Notes under the pieces: model-generated
What the model saw: the letters and a program-made list of their open reading frames with translations, nothing else
Database searches by the model: none
Told to the model about the DNA's origin: nothing
Shown here: positions 19,472-29,125 of the stretch, one piece after another
Numbering within the stretch: the first letter of the stretch is position 1
Layout of the letters: each line of letters begins with the position of its first letter
Made by a program: the position numbers and the translations under genes
Source: Bacillota bacterium
GTDB taxonomy: Bacteria; Bacillota; Sulfobacillia; JBFLWA01
NCBI GenBank assembly: GCA_040758135.1
Contig: JBFLWA010000004.1
Location: 76,759-140,758, forward strand
Direction of reading: 5' to 3'
Length of the DNA stretch: 64,000 bases

Positions 19472-19616
19472 GCGCTTGGCGCAACCGGCGGGGCCTCCCC
19501 GCCGGTTATTCTTATCCCGGACACGACATAATCATGGGGAAGGATCGCCAGCCAATGGCACAAGGCAATTGCCGGCCAACCTGCCATCTGCTAGGCTGGT
19601 ACTAGGGGGAATAATT

Positions 19617-20630
19617 GTGTTACATACCAGATACACTCCGACAATCGTACTCATCCTCATCCTGATTATCATAGCCCTGACCCCAACTTGCCGCCTGGCG
19701 GCGGTCGGCCCGATTCAGCAACCGGGGGAACCCCCACCGGCCTCCACTGTCCCCAATCCGCCCCCGACATCCGAGCCCAGGGCGGAACTGCCGGGCGCGG
19801 TAGCGGTGATAATCGATGACCATGCCGATGCCCGACCACAGAGCGGGTTAGCCGTGGCCGACCTGGTCTACGAGATCATTGCCGAAGGCGGGATCACCCG
19901 CTTTCTGGCCTTCTTCTACAGCCGGAATCCAGGCGACATCGGACCGGTGCGCAGCGCCCGCCCCTACTTCCTCCAGATCGTGCGTGCCTACCAGGTGCCC
20001 TTATTCCACTGTGGCGGCAGTACCGAGGCCCTGGAGCTCATCCCCCGTCTGGGGATTAAGAGCGTTAATGAGCTGACCGCTGACCGCGTCTACTTCTACC
20101 GGGCCAAAGGACGCCAGATGCCCCATAATCTCAGCACCAGCGGTGAGCTGATAGCTCGGGCGACGCAGCGCAAGGGCTGGGTGGTAGCTCTGCCGACGCT
20201 ACCCCAGGGCCAGGCGGAAGGCGGTCGGCCGGTGGCCGGGGTCTCCCTAGAATACCGCGCTTTTGGGTGGCAGGCGGTCCGGATCGACTGGTCTCTGGCC
20301 GATGGTCGCTATCAGCGCAACCTCAATGGGGCCGTGGCCCGGGATGCGCAGGGGCGGGAGATCGTGGCGGATAATGTCATCATCCTGGAGGTTCCCTCCC
20401 GCTCGGTGACGGTTGACGGGATCCTCCTCTCGGAGGTGGACATCATCGGCCACGGCCGGGCCTGGTTCTTCAGCCGGGGGCGCCTCTACGAGGGGACCTG
20501 GGAGAAGAGTTCGGCCGAGAGCCATTTCCATTACCGGGTGGGCGAGACCGAGATGAAGTTCGCTCCTGGCGTGACCTGGGTACAGGTAGTGCCGGACCTG
20601 GACAAGCTGGACGTTAAGGAGAACTCCTGA
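19617..20630 (+). CDS. DUF3048 (YerB-like) secreted/lipoprotein-type protein
   Basis: The conserved segment IDDHADARPQSGLAVADLVYEIIAEGGITRFLAFF recalls the DUF3048 family. I chose the GTG at 19617, preceded by AGGGGGA and followed by a hydrophobic signal/anchor; the track ORF starts at 19476. Confidence 0.7.
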   Translation: MLHTRYTPTIVLILILIIIALTPTCRLAAVGPIQQPGEPPPASTVPNPPPTSEPRAELPGAVAVIIDDHADARPQSGLAVADLVYEIIAEGGITRFLAFFYSRNPGDIGPVRSARPYFLQIVRAYQVPLFHCGGSTEALELIPRLGIKSVNELTADRVYFYRAKGRQMPHNLSTSGELIARATQRKGWVVALPTLPQGQAEGGRPVAGVSLEYRAFGWQAVRIDWSLADGRYQRNLNGAVARDAQGREIVADNVIILEVPSRSVTVDGILLSEVDIIGHGRAWFFSRGRLYEGTWEKSSAESHFHYRVGETEMKFAPGVTWVQVVPDLDKLDVKENS

Positions 20631-20740
20631 ACGATTGCCGAGGGGCGGTCGCCGGACCTCGTCCCCACGCGATAGACCCCGGGCACCGGCCTACGCCGGA
20701 GCCGGGGTCTCGTTCTTCTTAGTGATAGCTTGGCGGCCGC

Positions 20741-22030
20741 CTACTGCCCCGGCAGCGGCTTCAGGGTAATACAGCTCTCCAGAACCTCCAGCTGACGGCC
20801 GATGAGCCCCAGGCGCCAGAGGGCGATGCCCTTCAGGCGGTATCGCTTGGCCAGGCCAATCTTGGCCGCCAGGCTCTCCACCGTCTCGCTCCAGGTGGAG
20901 ATCCCCAGGAGCAGCTTCTCGCGGGGAATCTTGGCCAAGGCCAGCTCGATGGCTTCCATCACCAGATCCACCGGTTCAGGGCCAGAGACTCCGGCGGGAT
21001 GGTAATCGTAGGCCATAATCAGTAGTTCATCCACCCTGGCCGCCAGGAACTCGTAGTCATAGCCGCCGGCGAAGGAGCTATTGGGCGCGTGGATGGCCAG
21101 AGAAAACAGTTTCCCCTCAGCCCGCAGCTGTTCGGAGAGCTTCACCACCAAGGCATTAAACTTGGTGGCCATCACCGCCCGTTGGCCATCATGCCTAATC
21201 AGGCCCAACCCCTCGAAGTCCAGCATCAACCCATCGAAGCCCCGCTCCCGTATTGCCGCCACCGCATCATCCACAAATTGGGCCACCAAGGCGTCATCAG
21301 TAAGGAAGCGCTCCAGGAACCCGTTGGGGTTAGCGGCATAGACCATCAGGTAGCGGATCCCCCCGGAGGCCGCAGTCTCAGCCAGGAGCACCTCGGGGGT
21401 GATCTCATTGGCACTGGCCGGCCAGTTGAAGTCACGGCCGGTGAAGGTGAGCCGCCCCTGGTCATCCAGGCGCGACCAGCCGAAGGCGGTGGCATCGAAA
21501 CGCTGAGTCAGCTGGCGCTCCCCGAAGGAGCGGATGGCGTAGAAGCCCAGCACATGCATGGGGCAGGAAGGAGAGGTGACCAACACTGTGTAGCTGGCCT
21601 GGTCCCAGTCCACCTTGGCCCCGAAGGCATCGGCAAAGAAGCGAACCGGTACAAGAGTGGTGTTCTCAGTGGCGATGGGGGCTACCTCGAACTCGGTGGC
21701 TACCCCGTCGATGACCACCAGCCGGCTGCCGATCTCCAGTTCCACAGTGCGCCCCAACCCGCTGGCAGCAATATGGTTGCCTCCCAGCCAGGTAACCTCG
21801 GCCCCGAGGCTTTCGGCGATGACCCGCAGTGGGACCATCACCCGCCCGGAATGGCTGGTCGGGGGTACCCCAAAGGATAGAGGGACTCCGTCCAGGAGCA
21901 CAGTGATGGGCGGAGGTGGAGCAGAGCTGGCGACACCGGTGGCGCCCAGGATCGCCAAGAGGATTACAGCAACAGCAATTTGTCTCACACGCAGCCCCCC
22001 TTTGCTTTCAGAACTGTTCGATACAGCCAT
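20741..22030 (-). CDS. GH18 glycoside hydrolase with N-terminal copper-amine-oxidase-like (stalk) domain
   Basis: GH18 catalytic motif GFDGLMLDFEG. The N-terminal repeat VPLRVIAESLGAEVTW / VPVRFFADAFGAKVDW is typical of the CAO N-terminal-like domain. ATG at 22030 is followed by a signal anchor; the track ORF extension to 22318 is arginine-rich junk. Confidence 0.8.
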   Translation of the reverse strand: MAVSNSSESKGGLRVRQIAVAVILLAILGATGVASSAPPPPITVLLDGVPLSFGVPPTSHSGRVMVPLRVIAESLGAEVTWLGGNHIAASGLGRTVELEIGSRLVVIDGVATEFEVAPIATENTTLVPVRFFADAFGAKVDWDQASYTVLVTSPSCPMHVLGFYAIRSFGERQLTQRFDATAFGWSRLDDQGRLTFTGRDFNWPASANEITPEVLLAETAASGGIRYLMVYAANPNGFLERFLTDDALVAQFVDDAVAAIRERGFDGLMLDFEGLGLIRHDGQRAVMATKFNALVVKLSEQLRAEGKLFSLAIHAPNSSFAGGYDYEFLAARVDELLIMAYDYHPAGVSGPEPVDLVMEAIELALAKIPREKLLLGISTWSETVESLAAKIGLAKRYRLKGIALWRLGLIGRQLEVLESCITLKPLPGQ

Positions 22031-22148
22031 CGCCCTCACCTGCCGGCCCTCCCTCGACAGCCAACGACTTTTGCCTCCCTCCGGGCGGAAGGAACATATG
22101 TTCTCCCTATGGAATGAGTAGAGAAGCCCATTCCATGGAGGTTTCTCT

Positions 22149-23267
22149 ATGCGCTTCCTGCACTCAGCCGACTGGCACCTGGATACGCCCTTCCCGGGCC
22201 GGCTGCCCCGCCCGGTGGCCCGCCGCCGCCGGGAAGAATTGCGCCAGACCTTTGCCGCCTTTGTCGACCTGGCCCTGGCCGAAGAGGTTGATCTGGTACT
22301 CATCGCCGGCGACCTCATCGAACAGGATCAGGCCTCCCCGGCCACCCTGCGCTACCTCGATGAAGAACTCTCCCGGCTGGACGGGCGGCCAGTCTTCATC
22401 GCCGCCGGCAACCATGACCCGCTCTCTCGCTCCTCCCTCTACCTCACCCATCCCTGGCGGAGCCGGGGAGTCCATATCTTCGCCGGTGAGGGCTGGGAGA
22501 AGGTCGAGCTCTCCGGGGTAACTGTCTGGGGATTCAGCTGGACACGCCCGAAGATAACCCGGCCCATGTTCGCCGAGCTGACAGCGGGGCCTGAGCCCTC
22601 TATTGTTTTGGTTCACGCCGACCTGGTCAGCCAGGGCGAACCCTCGCCCTACCTCCCCTTTTCCCTGGCCGAGCTGGCCGCCGTCGGTACCAGTTACTGC
22701 GCGCTGGGCCATTTACACCAGCCCCGCCTGCTGCACGGGCCCGACGGGCGCCTGCTGGGGGCCTACCCGGGAAGCCCGGAGCCACTCAACTGGGGCGAGC
22801 CGGGCGAGCACGGAGTGATCCTCGGCCAACTGACCGAAGGCCGGGTGGAGGTTAGCTTCCGCCCGCTGGCTACCCGGGCCTACCTTACGGCGGAAGTAGC
22901 AGTAGAGCCGGAACTAACCACCGCCCGGCTGCTGGAGCGGATCCGGGATAGCTTTTCGCCACAGCAGTGCCACCGCGATCTCTGCCGAGTCCGGCTGATT
23001 GGCCGTCGCGACCCGGATGAAACTGTCGACCGCGACCACCTCGCGGCCAACCTAACCGACTTCTACTGCCTAGAGATAGACGACCAGACCCAGCCCGACT
23101 ACGACCTGGAGGCACTGGTCCAGCGCGAGGCCTCGCTGCTGGGGGACTATGCCCGGGCGGTCTGGGCCGAGCTCGAGCGAGCCAGCGGTGAGGAGCAGGC
23201 CATTTGGGAGCGGGCTCTCTACCTCGGCCTGGATGCGCTCACCGGAAGGGGGGTGGGGCGGCCATGA
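22149..23267 (+). CDS. SbcD-like metallophosphoesterase (YhaO/SbcF-type DNA repair exonuclease)
   Basis: Carries MRFLHSADWHLD, LVLIAGDL and AAGNHDP motifs. Confidence 0.85.
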   Translation: MRFLHSADWHLDTPFPGRLPRPVARRRREELRQTFAAFVDLALAEEVDLVLIAGDLIEQDQASPATLRYLDEELSRLDGRPVFIAAGNHDPLSRSSLYLTHPWRSRGVHIFAGEGWEKVELSGVTVWGFSWTRPKITRPMFAELTAGPEPSIVLVHADLVSQGEPSPYLPFSLAELAAVGTSYCALGHLHQPRLLHGPDGRLLGAYPGSPEPLNWGEPGEHGVILGQLTEGRVEVSFRPLATRAYLTAEVAVEPELTTARLLERIRDSFSPQQCHRDLCRVRLIGRRDPDETVDRDHLAANLTDFYCLEIDDQTQPDYDLEALVQREASLLGDYARAVWAELERASGEEQAIWERALYLGLDALTGRGVGRP

Positions 23268-26023
23268 GGCTCACCCGCCTGAGCCCCGAGGGGTTCGGCC
23301 GGCTCCGTCAAGTTGAGCTGAGGCTGAAGCCCGGTCTGAACTTGATCTTCGGCTCTAATGAATCGGGAAAGAGCACCCTTCGGAAGTTCATTGAGGGAAT
23401 GCTGTATGGTTTCAAAAAACCCCACCGGCGGCGCCGGGCCTACACTGATGACCTGGAGCGCTACCGGCCCTGGGTGGGCACCGCTTACGGCGGGGTTTTG
23501 GAGTACTGGCACAGGGAGCGGCATTACCTGGTCGAGCGCTCCTTCGACCCCGATCAGACGATAATCCGGGACGGGGCCACCGGAGAAGAGCTACATCACC
23601 TGTTCACTCTCGACCCCCACCTGCGAGAGTACGACTTCGGCCGCCAGCACCTGGGGCTGGGAGCAGCGGGCTTCGCCAATACCATTTGCCTGGGCCAGAT
23701 GGCTCTGGCCCCCGGACCGGAACTGGCCGACGAGATCCGGGAGCGGCTGGTGGCGGCGGCCAGCGGCAGCCGGGAAGAGACCACTGTCCGTCAGGCCCTG
23801 GCCGCCTTAGACCGGGCTCTGGCCGAGCTGGGTACCCCCCGGGCTCCGACACGGCCCCGGGGTAGTGCCGCCCAACGGCTGCAAGAGCTGACCGCCGAGA
23901 GCCAACGAGTGGCGGCCGCGTTGGCCACCACCCGCGAACTAGCCGCCCGTCTGGCCGCGGCACGCACCGCCCTGGCTGCTGCCAGGGACCAGGCCGCGGC
24001 CTGCTCTGCCCGACTCCAGGAGCTAGAGGCCCGGGAGGCGGCCCGGCGGGCTTCGGTCGTATCGGCCCTCCTGTCCCAACGCCGGGAGCTGGAGGAGCAG
24101 TTGGCGGCACTGGCCGACTGCGCCGGCTTCCCGGCCGACCGCCGTGCCGCTGTTGAGCAGCTGGAGACCCAGCTGGCCGCGCTGGCACAGCGGCTGGCCG
24201 CCCTCACTGCAGAACTGGAACAGCTGCGCCGGCAGATCGCTGAGGGCGAAGCCCGGCTCATGGAGAATCCCGCCTTCTACCACCTGGAAGATGACTTCGC
24301 TCTCCTCCTGCGGGAAGAGCTCAACTCCGTAGAACGCTTGGAACAGGAGGTGGAGCGCCTGACCGGGGCCGCCGACCTGACCACCCGGAGGATGGCCGAG
24401 GTCGCCTTCCAGCTGGTCCAGTTGGAGGCGGCCGCCGCCGGGGCGCCCGACCCGCTGGACGAAATGGCCGGGATTGAGAGCGAACTGCGGGGGCTGGAAC
24501 GCTCGTCGCGCTGGGCCGAAGAGAGCGAGCTGGCCCGGGAACGCCGCCTTCACCAAGGCCGGGTGCGCCACAGCGCCACGCTGGCCTGGCTCTCGCTCCT
24601 CTTTGGGGCGGCCCTGGGCTGGCTGGGAATGGAGGGCCACCGCCTGTTCCTGGTCGGAGCAGCATTGGCGGGGGCCCTCTTCCTCGCGTTTTTCCTGCGG
24701 CTGGCCGGTATGGCCCGCCAGGGCGCGGTGCTGGCCGCCCGCCAGCAGGAACTGGCCCGGCAGGCAGCGGCCGGGGAAGAGCGCCGGCGCGGGCTGGAGG
24801 AGGAACGGGCGCGCCTCCTGGGCCTCTGGGGGGCTAGCACCCCTCGGGAGCTGCGGGAAACCCACTACCGTTATCGCGCCCTGCTCACCGAGAGACAGCG
24901 GCTAGGACTAGAGCAGCGGGCTATCGAACGGGAACTCAAGAAGAACAGCGAAGAATTGACTAGACACGCTCAGAAACTCACCGCCACCCTGGCCGGGGCC
25001 GGCTACGCGCCTTGCGCCGAGTATCCCCGAAGGCAGCAGGTGCAGAGGCTCCTGGCCGACCTGGCTGTCTACCGACGGCAGGCCGGAGAGCTGGATAACC
25101 TGGGCGAACAGGCCACCCAACTGCTCCGCCTCATCGGACAGCTGGAGGGAGAAGAAAAGGGCTATCGCCAAGAGCTGGCGGCCATCCTGGAGCTGGCCGG
25201 GGTTGACACGCCGGAGGCTTTCCGAGCCATGGGCCAGCGCTGGGACCAGCGGCAAGAGCTCTCCCGGCAGTTGGCCGAAACCGAGCGCCTGCTGGAACAG
25301 GCCACCGATGGCCGGCCGCCCGGGGAGCTGTTGGCCCGGGCTAGCCCAGCCGAACCGGGTCCAGCGGTGGATCCGGAAGAGCTGGATGAGGCTCGTCGTG
25401 CTATCGCCGCGGCCGGAGAGCGGGTCAGAGAGTGCACCGCCGAGACCGCCGCCCTCCAGCGGGAGCTGGAGACTCGCCTAGAGGGGCTGCCCGATCCCGG
25501 CGAGGTGGCTGAGGAGCGGCAGGCGGCAGCTGACCGCCTGGCCGAACTCGACCAGGAGTATGGGGCCCTGGAGCTGGCTCGGGCGACCATTGCCCGCCTG
25601 GCCGAGGAGAAGCAGCGGGAGATCTCGCCCGCCCTCAGCCAGGGGATAAGCTCCCTGGCTGCCCGCCTGACCGGCGGCCGCTACCAAACGGTGCGGCTGG
25701 CCCCAGACCTCTCCCTGACCGTCACCGCGCCCGAGACCGGGCGGACGGTGCCCCTCTCTGCCCTAAGCGGAGGGACCATCGATCTCCTCTACCTGGCCGC
25801 CCGGGTGGCCATTGCCGATGCCGTCACCGGCCAGAGCGATACCCCGCTGATCCTGGATGATAGCCTGGTCCAGCTGGACGAGGCCCGGCTGGAGCGCGCC
25901 CTGACCTACCTGGGGGAGCTGGCCCGAGACCGTCAGATCGTCCTGCTCACCTGCCATGAGCGGGAGCGCCGGTCCCTGGAGCAGCTGGGGGTGGAGCACT
26001 GGGTAGTGGAACTGGGGCAGTAG
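23264..26023 (+). CDS. SbcC-like AAA ATPase (YhaN/SbcE-type)
   Basis: ATGA overlap with the upstream gene. Walker A is GSNESGKST. A long Ala/Glu/Arg-rich coiled coil is followed by signature ALSGGTIDLLYLA and Walker B PLILDDSLVQLD. Two hydrophobic helices sit mid-protein (nt ~24573-24712). Confidence 0.8.
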   Translation: MRLTRLSPEGFGRLRQVELRLKPGLNLIFGSNESGKSTLRKFIEGMLYGFKKPHRRRRAYTDDLERYRPWVGTAYGGVLEYWHRERHYLVERSFDPDQTIIRDGATGEELHHLFTLDPHLREYDFGRQHLGLGAAGFANTICLGQMALAPGPELADEIRERLVAAASGSREETTVRQALAALDRALAELGTPRAPTRPRGSAAQRLQELTAESQRVAAALATTRELAARLAAARTALAAARDQAAACSARLQELEAREAARRASVVSALLSQRRELEEQLAALADCAGFPADRRAAVEQLETQLAALAQRLAALTAELEQLRRQIAEGEARLMENPAFYHLEDDFALLLREELNSVERLEQEVERLTGAADLTTRRMAEVAFQLVQLEAAAAGAPDPLDEMAGIESELRGLERSSRWAEESELARERRLHQGRVRHSATLAWLSLLFGAALGWLGMEGHRLFLVGAALAGALFLAFFLRLAGMARQGAVLAARQQELARQAAAGEERRRGLEEERARLLGLWGASTPRELRETHYRYRALLTERQRLGLEQRAIERELKKNSEELTRHAQKLTATLAGAGYAPCAEYPRRQQVQRLLADLAVYRRQAGELDNLGEQATQLLRLIGQLEGEEKGYRQELAAILELAGVDTPEAFRAMGQRWDQRQELSRQLAETERLLEQATDGRPPGELLARASPAEPGPAVDPEELDEARRAIAAAGERVRECTAETAALQRELETRLEGLPDPGEVAEERQAAADRLAELDQEYGALELARATIARLAEEKQREISPALSQGISSLAARLTGGRYQTVRLAPDLSLTVTAPETGRTVPLSALSGGTIDLLYLAARVAIADAVTGQSDTPLILDDSLVQLDEARLERALTYLGELARDRQIVLLTCHERERRSLEQLGVEHWVVELGQ

Positions 26024-26079
26024 AAAACCTCTCCCGGGTGGAAAGGGCTTGGCGCGCTGGCTGATTACCGGAGGGCGGA

Positions 26080-27549
26080 TCAGTCGGCTACCTTCAGCGC
26101 GGCTGCCAACCGCCTGATCCCTTCACCAATCTCACTCGGTTCCTGAGCAGCAAAATTGAGGCGCAAGTAATTCTCCCCACCGTCACCGGTCGGGAAGAAG
26201 CCCCGGCCGGGAGTGAAGGCGACTCCCTCCCGACAGGCCAATAGGAGGAGCCGCTCGGCTGATAGCTCACCAGGCAGGCGCAACCAGATGAAGAACCCGC
26301 CCTGGGGGGGCCGTATGGCCATCACGGCTGGCAGGCACCTCCCAATCGCCTGCATCATGGCGTCCCGGCGCTGCCGGTATATGCGGCGGGAGCGACGCAG
26401 ATGGGCCTGGTAGCGCCCGACGGTGACGTACTCCTCCACGACCCGCTGGATCAGAGCAGACGTGGATAAGTCGTAGGCGCGCTTGAAGCTGACCAGGCTC
26501 CTGCCGACCGGGCCCTCAGCCACCACAAACCCGACGCGCAGCCCAGGCATGAGCATTTTGGAGAAGGTACTAACATAAATAACCCGGCCACCGGGGTCGA
26601 GGGCTTTAAGGGCGGGCAGGGCGCTCCCTTCATAGCGCAGATCGCCGGCGAAATCATCTTCCAAGATGGGGACATTGTAGCGGTCGGCCAGGGCTACCAG
26701 CTGGCGGCGTCGGTGACCACTCAGGCAGGTGCCGGTCGGATTATGGAAATTGGGGATGGTGTAGATCAGCCTGGGGTGGTGCTGCTGCAACAGCTCCTCA
26801 AGGTGATCTACCTGCATTCCGTCCTCATCAATTGGAACCCCAACCAACCGCAGGCCAAGAGCACGGAACAGCTCTAGGGCCCTAGCATATGTGGGGCTCT
26901 CTACCACGATGGTATCGCCCGGTCTCAGCAGGATCTGTGAGACCAGGGCCAGCCCCTGCTGGGCGCCGGAGGTGATGAGGATATTCTCCGGCCGTGCCTC
27001 CAGGCCCTGGCTGGCCAGAACGCTGGCAATAGTCTGGCGCAGCGGAGCGTACCCGCTCGGGTCGCCGTAGCCCAGGGCGGCGATACCGTCGCGGCGCAGG
27101 ACCGATCGGATGGTTCGCCGCAAGTCTTCCACGGGATACAAGCGGGGGTCTCCGCTGCCGCCAGCGAAGGAGATCGGATCCGGGTGACCGCAAGCCCGCA
27201 GCATCTCTTCGGGTGCAACTGGCTCCCGAGCCTCCTCTCCACCGGTCAGGGCCCGTTGCCAGGAGGGCCACGGCGCCCCACGCCCCTCCTCCGAGCGGGG
27301 CGGTGCTGGCCAGGGCGGCAGGACGTAAGTGCCACTGCCGAGCCGGCGCGTGACCAGGCCGGCGGCTTCCAGCTCAGCGTAGGCGTTCTCTACAGTGATA
27401 CGGCTGACGCCCAGTTCGTGGGCCAGCTGACGGCTGGCCGGCAAGCGCGTACCCGGCAGCAGGCTGCCCGAGAGTATGCTCTGGCGCAGGTAGGCCTGAA
27501 TTTGCTGGTAGAGTGGCTCGCCAGTCTCGGGGTCAAGAGGGATGCGCAT
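26080..27549 (-). CDS. MocR-type regulator (GntR HTH fused to a class I aminotransferase-like domain)
   Basis: N-terminal GntR HTH (LPASRQLAHELGVSRITVENAYAELEAAGLV) and a PLP-lysine context (YVSTFSKMLMPGLRVGF). Confidence 0.9.
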   Translation of the reverse strand: MRIPLDPETGEPLYQQIQAYLRQSILSGSLLPGTRLPASRQLAHELGVSRITVENAYAELEAAGLVTRRLGSGTYVLPPWPAPPRSEEGRGAPWPSWQRALTGGEEAREPVAPEEMLRACGHPDPISFAGGSGDPRLYPVEDLRRTIRSVLRRDGIAALGYGDPSGYAPLRQTIASVLASQGLEARPENILITSGAQQGLALVSQILLRPGDTIVVESPTYARALELFRALGLRLVGVPIDEDGMQVDHLEELLQQHHPRLIYTIPNFHNPTGTCLSGHRRRQLVALADRYNVPILEDDFAGDLRYEGSALPALKALDPGGRVIYVSTFSKMLMPGLRVGFVVAEGPVGRSLVSFKRAYDLSTSALIQRVVEEYVTVGRYQAHLRRSRRIYRQRRDAMMQAIGRCLPAVMAIRPPQGGFFIWLRLPGELSAERLLLLACREGVAFTPGRGFFPTGDGGENYLRLNFAAQEPSEIGEGIRRLAAALKVAD

Positions 27550-27615
27550 ATTGACTCCACCCTTTTTGTTAATTGGATATAGCCAAGAACCGGATAAGTG
27601 GCACTATGCACCATA

Positions 27616-27661
27616 CCAATTCCGTCTTACGATAACAGTGAAGTCTATCTACCGGAATTGG
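27616..27661. promoter_or_regulatory. 9-bp perfect inverted repeat in the MocR/EamA divergent intergenic region
   Basis: CCAATTCCG (27616-27624) pairs with CGGAATTGG (27653-27661), with 28 nt between. A further AATTGG lies near 27571. Confidence 0.4.
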
Positions 27662-27673
27662 AGTGACGCAAGT

Positions 27674-28648
27674 ATGACCAACTCTACTTCTGATACCTCT
27701 ACCTTCGCCCGCGGCTACTCAGTGGCCATGATCTGTACCGTCGTTCTGTCGACGACGGCCATCTTCATCCGCCACCTCACTGAAGCCTACCACCTGCCCC
27801 CGCTAGTGCTCGCCTTCTGGCGGGATGCCTTCACCGCACTCGCTCTCCTGCCAGTGCTGGCCTTGGTGAGGCCGGGCCTGCTCTGCGTGGGACGGTGCCA
27901 CCTGGTCTATCTCATGGCCTACGGCCTGGTGCTAGCCGCTTTTAACGCGCTCTGGACCCTTTCGGTCGCGGCCAATGGGGCAGCCGTTGCTACCGTCCTG
28001 GTCTACAGCTCGGCGGCCTTCACCGCCGTGCTGGGCCGGTGGCTCCTGAAGGAGCACCTGAGCTGGGTGAAGCTCCTGGCTGTCGCCCTGAGCTTAGGCG
28101 GCTGCTTCCTGGTGTCGGGGGCATCGAGCCCGGCAGCCTGGCAGACCAACCTGACCGGCCTCCTAACGGGGACAGCCTCTGGCCTCGGCTACGCTGCTTA
28201 TAGCCTGATGGGCCGCTCCGCCTCCCAGCGCGGCCTCAACCCATGGACGACTCTTCTCTACACATTTGCCTTCGCCACCCTCTCCCTGCTGGTCATCAAT
28301 CTGCTACCGGGACAGCCCCTGCCCGGCGCGGCCGCCCGCCCGGCCGACCTACTCTGGCTGGGAAACTCCATGGCCGGCTGGAGCATCCTGTTTCTGCTGG
28401 CGGCGGGACCAACGGTGATCGGCTTCGGGCTTTATAACGTTAGCCTGCAATACCTGCCCTCTAGCGTAGTCAACCTGGTGGTCACTCTTGAACCGGCCTA
28501 TACCGCGGTCCTCGCTTACTTCCTGCTGGGCGAGGTGATGAGCGGAAGTCAAGTAGGCGGCAGTCTACTGATCCTGGCGGGTGTGGTCTTCCTGCGGCTT
28601 GGTAAGAACTTGATAGCTGGCCGTTCCGGCTGCTACGGTCAGGCGTAG
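27674..28648 (+). CDS. DMT-superfamily (EamA) transporter
   Basis: About 10 TM helices in two EamA-like halves. I chose the ATG at 27674; the track ORF starts at 27542, inside the regulator's promoter region. Confidence 0.85.
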   Translation: MTNSTSDTSTFARGYSVAMICTVVLSTTAIFIRHLTEAYHLPPLVLAFWRDAFTALALLPVLALVRPGLLCVGRCHLVYLMAYGLVLAAFNALWTLSVAANGAAVATVLVYSSAAFTAVLGRWLLKEHLSWVKLLAVALSLGGCFLVSGASSPAAWQTNLTGLLTGTASGLGYAAYSLMGRSASQRGLNPWTTLLYTFAFATLSLLVINLLPGQPLPGAAARPADLLWLGNSMAGWSILFLLAAGPTVIGFGLYNVSLQYLPSSVVNLVVTLEPAYTAVLAYFLLGEVMSGSQVGGSLLILAGVVFLRLGKNLIAGRSGCYGQA

Positions 28649-28649
28649 T

Positions 28650-28770
28650 GCCTCCAGGGGCTCGTACCCCCGGCGCAGCCCGGCCAGAAAGCTGTCCCCC
28701 GAACCCACCGGGCTGACCGCGGCGGTTGGCGGCGGCATCACCCGCCAATCGGTTCCGCCCACCCGGGCAC
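28650..28770 (-). pseudogene. C-terminal remnant of a PfkB-family sugar kinase
   Basis: The fragment ...AAVSPVGSGDSFLAGLRRGYEPLEALRLTVAAGTASY carries the PfkB C-terminal GSGDS signature, but nothing corresponding to the first ~250 aa is present. Confidence 0.5.
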
Positions 28771-28805
28771 CCCGCTCCCTCCCTAGCTTCACTAGGTGCC
28801 GGTAG

Positions 28806-29125
28806 CTATGGCTGGGCAGCAAAGCCGGCCGCGGTGATCTCCTGCCGCAACTTGCCTCCGGCGGTTAGAGCCAGTAGCCGGGCGCTGCGGCGGCGGGCTA
28901 CTGAGAACGCACTCAGGGTTTCCTCGGTGTTGCCAGAGTAGGTGACACCGATGGCCAGAGTGCGGGGGCCGACCCAGGCCGGTAGGTCGTAGCCCTGGCT
29001 GACCAGAATGGGCACACGGGCCCGGTCGCTCAGATACGAGCGCAGCAGGTTGCCGCTGGCGGCCGAGCCGCCGCCGGTGCCGAGGATGATGACCCCCTCG
29101 ACCTCTCGGAGCGTCTCGGCGGGCC
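28806..29125 (-). pseudogene. N-terminal fragment of a SIS-domain phosphoglucose/phosphomannose isomerase
   Basis: VIILGTGGGSAASGNLLRSYL...LAIGVTYSGNTEETLSAF...LLALTAGGKL is a SIS-domain N-terminal half. It ends after about 105 aa, with no C-terminal domain. Confidence 0.55.
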
